A DNA stretch of 64,000 nt, from contig CAVRCJ010000006.1 in the NCBI GenBank assembly GCA_963719515.1, forward strand, positions 256,001 through 320,000, written 5' to 3'. The notes below the pieces were generated by a model, which was given only the letters and a program-made list of their open reading frames with translations, ran no database searches and was not told the origin of the DNA. Position numbers and translations under genes: made by a program. The stretch is from an uncultured cyanobacterium (GTDB lineage Bacteria; Cyanobacteriota; Cyanobacteriia; CAKZMO01). Shown here in pieces: positions 59,457-64,000 of this stretch (its first letter is position 1; each line of letters opens with the position of its first letter).

Positions 59457-62400
59457 CTTCCCCGACGGCTAGCTAAGACGATACAGCTAGCCCCCTGCTC
59501 AATTAGCCACTGCGCCGCCTCAAGACCGAGCCCCCCTAAGCCGCCGGTCACTAGATAGCTGCCCTCTGAATGGATGCGCGCTGAATCCACCTCCGGCATC
59601 GCCAAGACCACCTTGCCCCGATGCTGCGCCCCCGCCATAAACCGAAAGGCGTCAACCACGTTGGCGAGGGGGAAGGTCTGCAGGGGGAGGGGCTTAAGGC
59701 TGCCGTCGGCAAAGCCTGACAGAAGGCTTTTAAATAGCACAGGAAGTAAACCGGGATTTTTTACCGACTCTTCTCCCAAGTCGAAAGGAAAATAGGCGGC
59801 ATCAGGACGGCGCTGCTGCACCGTTTCCTCACTCCAAATGTCGCGCTTACCCAACTCCACAAAGCGCCCGTTTTGAGCCAGGACCTCAAAGCTTTTGTCG
59901 ACAAAGTCTTTGCTAAAGCTATTGAGAACGATGTCAACGCCTTGGCCGTCGGTGAGTCGCTCAATGTCCTCAGCAAAATCCAGCGTGCGGGAGTTCATCA
60001 CGTGGTTGACGCCCATGGCCTTGAGGAACGCCCACTTTCCGGGGCTAGCGGTGCCAAACACCTCTGCCCCTGCCCGCTGCGCCAGCTGCACAGCGGCCTG
60101 ACCAACCCCACCTGCAGCGGAGTGAATGAGGATGCGATCGCCCGCCTGAATGTGGGCTAGCCCGTGGAGAGCGTAGTGGGCCGTCAAGAAGGCGGCGGGA
60201 AGGGTTGCGGCGTCCTGAAAGGTGAATCCTGCGGGCAGTTTGGCCACCTGGCCAGCAGGCGTGGTGACCCAGCTGGCTAGACTGCCAGGAGCCAAGGCCA
60301 TGACGCGATCGCCCGCCTGCAGGTGAGAGACCTTTTCTCCCACGGCAGCCACTTCACCGGCGCACTCGAACCCTAAGAGAACATCCCCCGACTGCCGAAT
60401 CCCTAGCTCGGTTTCGTAGTACTCCTGAAGCATACCCAGGGCATTGAGGACATCCCGAAAATTCAGTCCGGCAGCGCAGACTCGAATTTCCACCTCGTCG
60501 GGCCCAGGCGGGCGGCGCGTCAGTGGCGCTAGCCTGAGGTTCTCTAAAAGGCCATAGTGCTCTATTTGGACCCGCACCGGGGCGGTGCCGGGGTCAAGTT
60601 TGGCGTCCAAAGTAAAGGGCTTCAGCCGGGGAACGTAGCGGACGCCGTGGCGATAGCCTACTTGGTCTTCTCGATCGGGAGACAAAAGCTCGGCCTGCAG
60701 CGCTTCTGCGGCCTGCGTAGCGTCTGCCGACGGGTCTAAGTCCAGACGTCTACACTGAAGCTCTGGATATTCAAGGGCGATGGCCTGGCCCAAGCCCCAG
60801 AGGGGAGCTTGGTGAACCTGGAGCGGGCCTGAATCGATGGGTCTTGCCCCCTGGGTGACGAGCCACAGGGGGGGGCGCTCTCCCTCAGCTTTAGCCAGCG
60901 CCTGAACGAGATGCAGCGCGCTCCCCGCCCCCAGACGCTGCGATCGCGCTATATGCCCTTCCGTCAGCCCTAGCCCTTGCTCTTCCTCTTCGACGCTCCA
61001 TAGATGAATCACGCCCCGCCAGGGAAGCGGGCAGTCGGCAAGGAGCTGCTGAAATTGTTCGGGAGCTGCCGGGTCAAGCCGATAGCGCTCTGCCGTCCCA
61101 TCATTTGCGGCTAGCTGGTAGCCCGGACCGGGAACAACCAGCGTACAGCGGTGCCCCTGCTGAAGCAGCCTTTGGGCTAGGGTTTCGCCAATTTCGCCGG
61201 GGTCCGTCAAGATCAGCCAGCGACCAGGGGTAGCATCTTGGGGCGCGATCGTTTCCGCTGCAGGTTGCCAGGCAATCTCATAGAGGTGGTCTTCTAGCCC
61301 TGCTGCGCCGCTGGCGTTGGCCTCCATGCCCTTTCGTAACGCCAGCCCAGAGGCCAGCGCAACCAGATTCCCTTCGTCGTCAAATAGATGAACCTCGGCG
61401 GTTAGGGTTTCGCTGACGTCAGTCTTTCCCGGTTGGAGGGTGGCGTAGCTCCACAGGTGGCGGCTGGGCGGACGATAGACCTGCAGGCGCTCCAAAATTA
61501 CGGGCAAGTAGGTTCCCTCAGGCAAGATAGCCCCCAGGGTGTGAAGACCGGCGTCGAGAACCGCCGGATGCAGCCGGTAGCGGCCGACGTCTCGCCACAC
61601 CGCATCCGGCACCCGAAGACGGCTCAGGGCAACGCCATCACCCTTCCACAGCTGTTCTATACCCCGGAAGCTGGGGCCAAAGTCGATGTGGTGCGATCGC
61701 CGCCCCTGATAGAAGCGTTCAGCGGAAATGCCGTCGGTACAGGCGGCCTGCCAAGCCGCTAGGTCGAACGCCACCGGCTGAACAGAGGCGGGGGATGTGG
61801 GCTGTTCCGCCCTTATCTGCCCCGAGGCGTGACGGGTCCAAACTGGTTCATCAGAGGACTGCTCTGCAGTCGGGGCTGCGCCAAAAATCTCAAACCGATA
61901 GACCTCTTTACCCTCCGAGGTTAGGGCAATCTGCAGGGTATGGGGCGAGGCGCTGTCTTCGGCCAGCACTAGGGGCTGCTCGATAAATATTTCCTCTAAG
62001 ACAAGCTGCTCTACGCGCTGGCCGTCAGTCTTAGCAAACGCTTTTGCGCCTGCGGCTAGCGCAATTTCGACATAAGCCGTCAGCGGCAAGACGGCCTCGC
62101 CATAAATGCGGTGGTCGGCAAGGTAGGTCAGGGCGGCATTGCATAGGCTAATGCGAGATTGAAACCGCAGCTCTTGGGAGCCCGCCAGCTGTATCTGCTG
62201 GCCGAGGAGGGGATGTCCGTAGGGGACAGGCGCTACCGCAGGGAGAGGAGGCTGAGGGTCTAGCCAGTAGCGCTGCCGCTGAAATGGGTAGGTGGGCAGG
62301 TGCTCCCGGCGACGGGGGTAGTCGCGGTCGAAGCCGAGCCAGCTGACGGGGACGCCCCGCAGGTAGAGCTGAGAGAGGCTATCGAGGATGACCTGCCAGT

Positions 62401-64000
62401 CTGTTGGCGAGGGTGCCTGCGGTGAGGATTGCGGAGCCTTGGGCGATCGCAAGCTGGGGAGCCATAGCCCATCGTCGCTGGGCAAGCACTGCCGCCCTAA
62501 GGCCAGCAAAGTTGGCTTCGGGCCAATCTCCACCCTGATTCCTGCCCCCTGCTGGGCCAGGCTGTTCATGCTGGCGGCGAACTGGACGGGCTGGGTGACG
62601 TGGCGTACCCAGTAGTCTGGGGTGGCGATGTCATCGGTGGCTAGCTGTCCGGTCACGTTGCTGATGAGGGTGAGCTGGGGCCGCGAAAAGCTCACCTCGC
62701 GGGCCGCCTGCGCGAACTCGGCTAGCATCGGCTCCATGAGCGGCGAGTGGAAGGCGTGGGAGACGCTGAGTTCTTTGCTCTTGACGCCGGCCACGTTTAG
62801 GCGATCGCCAACCGCGCACACTGCGGGGCGATCGCCCGAAATCACGACGCTCTCGGGGCCGTTGACTGCGGCGATCGTAACGCTATGCCTACCGCTGCTT
62901 TGGCCGTTCTGCTTACAGGCGGCATCCTCGTAAGCTCGAATCGCTGCAGCCACCTGCTCTGGAGAGGCCATCAGAGCCATCATGGTGCCGTCCTGGGGCA
63001 ATCCCTGCATCAGCCTGCCCCGATGGGCGATCAGCGTCAGGCCGTCTTCAAGGCTAAACACCCCCGCCACGCAGGCGGCCACATATTCCCCAACGCTGTG
63101 CCCCAGAACGACCCCCGGCTCAATGCCCCAGGAGAGCCACAGCTGAACCAAGGCGTATTCCACCGCGAACAGGGCCGGCTGGGTGTAGGCGGTCTCCTGG
63201 AGCTTCGAGGGGGTGGCCGCGTCGGCAGGGTATATCACCTCCAGCAGGGGCAGCGCTAGGTGGGGCCGCAGGATGTCCTCGCACCGCCGCATCGCCGCCC
63301 GAAAGGTGGGCTGGGTCTCGTAGAGCTGGCGGCCCATGTTGACGTATTGGGAGCCCTGCCCGGTGAACAAAAAGGCGATCGCCGCCCTTTCAGACGGCTG
63401 GACCACGGCCCTTTGCTCAGGAGCCCGCTCGCGCAGCCGCTCCTGCAGCTGCGCGGGGGAGTCTGCCACCACGGCCAGCCGGTGGCTAAAGTGCTTGCGT
63501 CCGCCGTTGGCCGTAAAGGTGACGCTGGCGAGGTCTAGGTTGGGATGGGCAGCGAGGTAGTCTATGTAGCGGTGGCGCAGCGTCTGCAGCGCCGCGGCGC
63601 TCTTGGCCGAGAGGGTCAAGATGTGGGACGGGCGGTCCTTGTGTTCGGGTGGCTCTTGCTGCGGCTGGTCCTGCGGCGCTTCTTCTAGCACCAAATGAAC
63701 ATTGGTGCCCCCCATACCAAACGAGCTGACACCGGCCCGCCGAGGCTGACCCTGGGTCCGCCAGTCCCGGCGCTGGGTATTGACGAAAAACGGGCTGTTG
63801 GCGAAGTCAATTTTGGGGTTCGGCGTCTCGAAATTTAAGCTAGCGGGAATCACCTGATGCTTGAGGGCCAGGGCCGTTTTGATGAGGCCCGCCACCCCCG
63901 CCGCGTTGGCCAGATGTCCCACGTTGGTTTTCACCGAGCCAATGGCGCAAAATCCGGTTTCCGCCGTCGTGGCCCGGAAAGCCTGGGTCAGGGCGGCTAC
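59408..64000 (-). CDS. Type I PKS module: KS (partial)-AT-DH-ER-KR (N-half); runs off the right edge
   Basis: GSVKTNVGH and SSFGMGGTN (KS); GHSVG and HAFH (malonyl AT); HRIYGEAVLP and DAGLH (DH); LIHSAAGGVG (ER); GGLGGLG (KR). Confidence 0.93.
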   Translation of the reverse strand, partial: VAALTQAFRATTAETGFCAIGSVKTNVGHLANAAGVAGLIKTALALKHQVIPASLNFETPNPKIDFANSPFFVNTQRRDWRTQGQPRRAGVSSFGMGGTNVHLVLEEAPQDQPQQEPPEHKDRPSHILTLSAKSAAALQTLRHRYIDYLAAHPNLDLASVTFTANGGRKHFSHRLAVVADSPAQLQERLRERAPEQRAVVQPSERAAIAFLFTGQGSQYVNMGRQLYETQPTFRAAMRRCEDILRPHLALPLLEVIYPADAATPSKLQETAYTQPALFAVEYALVQLWLSWGIEPGVVLGHSVGEYVAACVAGVFSLEDGLTLIAHRGRLMQGLPQDGTMMALMASPEQVAAAIRAYEDAACKQNGQSSGRHSVTIAAVNGPESVVISGDRPAVCAVGDRLNVAGVKSKELSVSHAFHSPLMEPMLAEFAQAAREVSFSRPQLTLISNVTGQLATDDIATPDYWVRHVTQPVQFAASMNSLAQQGAGIRVEIGPKPTLLALGRQCLPSDDGLWLPSLRSPKAPQSSPQAPSPTDWQVILDSLSQLYLRGVPVSWLGFDRDYPRRREHLPTYPFQRQRYWLDPQPPLPAVAPVPYGHPLLGQQIQLAGSQELRFQSRISLCNAALTYLADHRIYGEAVLPLTAYVEIALAAGAKAFAKTDGQRVEQLVLEEIFIEQPLVLAEDSASPHTLQIALTSEGKEVYRFEIFGAAPTAEQSSDEPVWTRHASGQIRAEQPTSPASVQPVAFDLAAWQAACTDGISAERFYQGRRSHHIDFGPSFRGIEQLWKGDGVALSRLRVPDAVWRDVGRYRLHPAVLDAGLHTLGAILPEGTYLPVILERLQVYRPPSRHLWSYATLQPGKTDVSETLTAEVHLFDDEGNLVALASGLALRKGMEANASGAAGLEDHLYEIAWQPAAETIAPQDATPGRWLILTDPGEIGETLAQRLLQQGHRCTLVVPGPGYQLAANDGTAERYRLDPAAPEQFQQLLADCPLPWRGVIHLWSVEEEEQGLGLTEGHIARSQRLGAGSALHLVQALAKAEGERPPLWLVTQGARPIDSGPLQVHQAPLWGLGQAIALEYPELQCRRLDLDPSADATQAAEALQAELLSPDREDQVGYRHGVRYVPRLKPFTLDAKLDPGTAPVRVQIEHYGLLENLRLAPLTRRPPGPDEVEIRVCAAGLNFRDVLNALGMLQEYYETELGIRQSGDVLLGFECAGEVAAVGEKVSHLQAGDRVMALAPGSLASWVTTPAGQVAKLPAGFTFQDAATLPAAFLTAHYALHGLAHIQAGDRILIHSAAGGVGQAAVQLAQRAGAEVFGTASPGKWAFLKAMGVNHVMNSRTLDFAEDIERLTDGQGVDIVLNSFSKDFVDKSFEVLAQNGRFVELGKRDIWSEETVQQRRPDAAYFPFDLGEESVKNPGLLPVLFKSLLSGFADGSLKPLPLQTFPLANVVDAFRFMAGAQHRGKVVLAMPEVDSARIHSEGSYLVTGGLGGLGLEAAQWLIEQGASCIVLASRRGRWSPKFSQRSKRRFTS

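Larger units (their letters stand above)
1..64000. repeat. Dispersed HIP1 octamers (GCGATCGC)
   Basis: Many copies, e.g. 1411, 17967, 56972; a hallmark of cyanobacteria. Confidence 0.9.

Noticed and set aside
59455..59465. Programmed -1 ribosomal frameshift in the PKS
   Set aside because: GGGAAGA is not a canonical slippery heptamer; a single-base loss in a G run is simpler.

Overview
A 64 kb chromosomal segment from a cyanobacterium. The evidence is frequent HIP1 octamers (GCGATCGC), cyanobacterial-type thiE, clpR/clpP3 and an RRM protein. The PTPA-CTERM/cyanoexosortase C locus and fairly high GC suggest a Leptolyngbya/Nodosilinea-like filamentous lineage (inference). Housekeeping genes include ilvC, dps, clpP/clpR, thiE, tamB, an FGGY kinase, a PLP decarboxylase and a CDF transporter. 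Envelope and surface genes include three PTPA-CTERM proteins with an HpsJ-like gene and cyanoexosortase C, an SLH protein, a GT-C, a sulfotransferase and an MBOAT/SGNH pair. The window also holds an RTX-type extracellular nuclease with a Pho-box-like site, a probable second type IA topoisomerase beside an apparently inactive REP-associated tyrosine transposase, and the terminal module of a PKS cluster running off the right edge. I saw no rRNA, tRNA or CRISPR array. The best novelty candidate is an AT-richer 215 aa ORF (56323-56970) that looks like a bacterial gasdermin pore-forming domain. It has no C-terminal autoinhibitory peptide, no cysteine and no neighbouring protease, and its leader is full of competing palindromes. 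One of those palindromes recurs next to an orphan GH19 lysozyme-like gene carrying an unfamiliar 4x repeat. Also notable are a secreted precursor with three identical 16 aa repeats encoded by synonymously diverged DNA, and an inactive ClpP3/ClpR chimera. All homology calls come from motif recognition by eye; no database searches were run.
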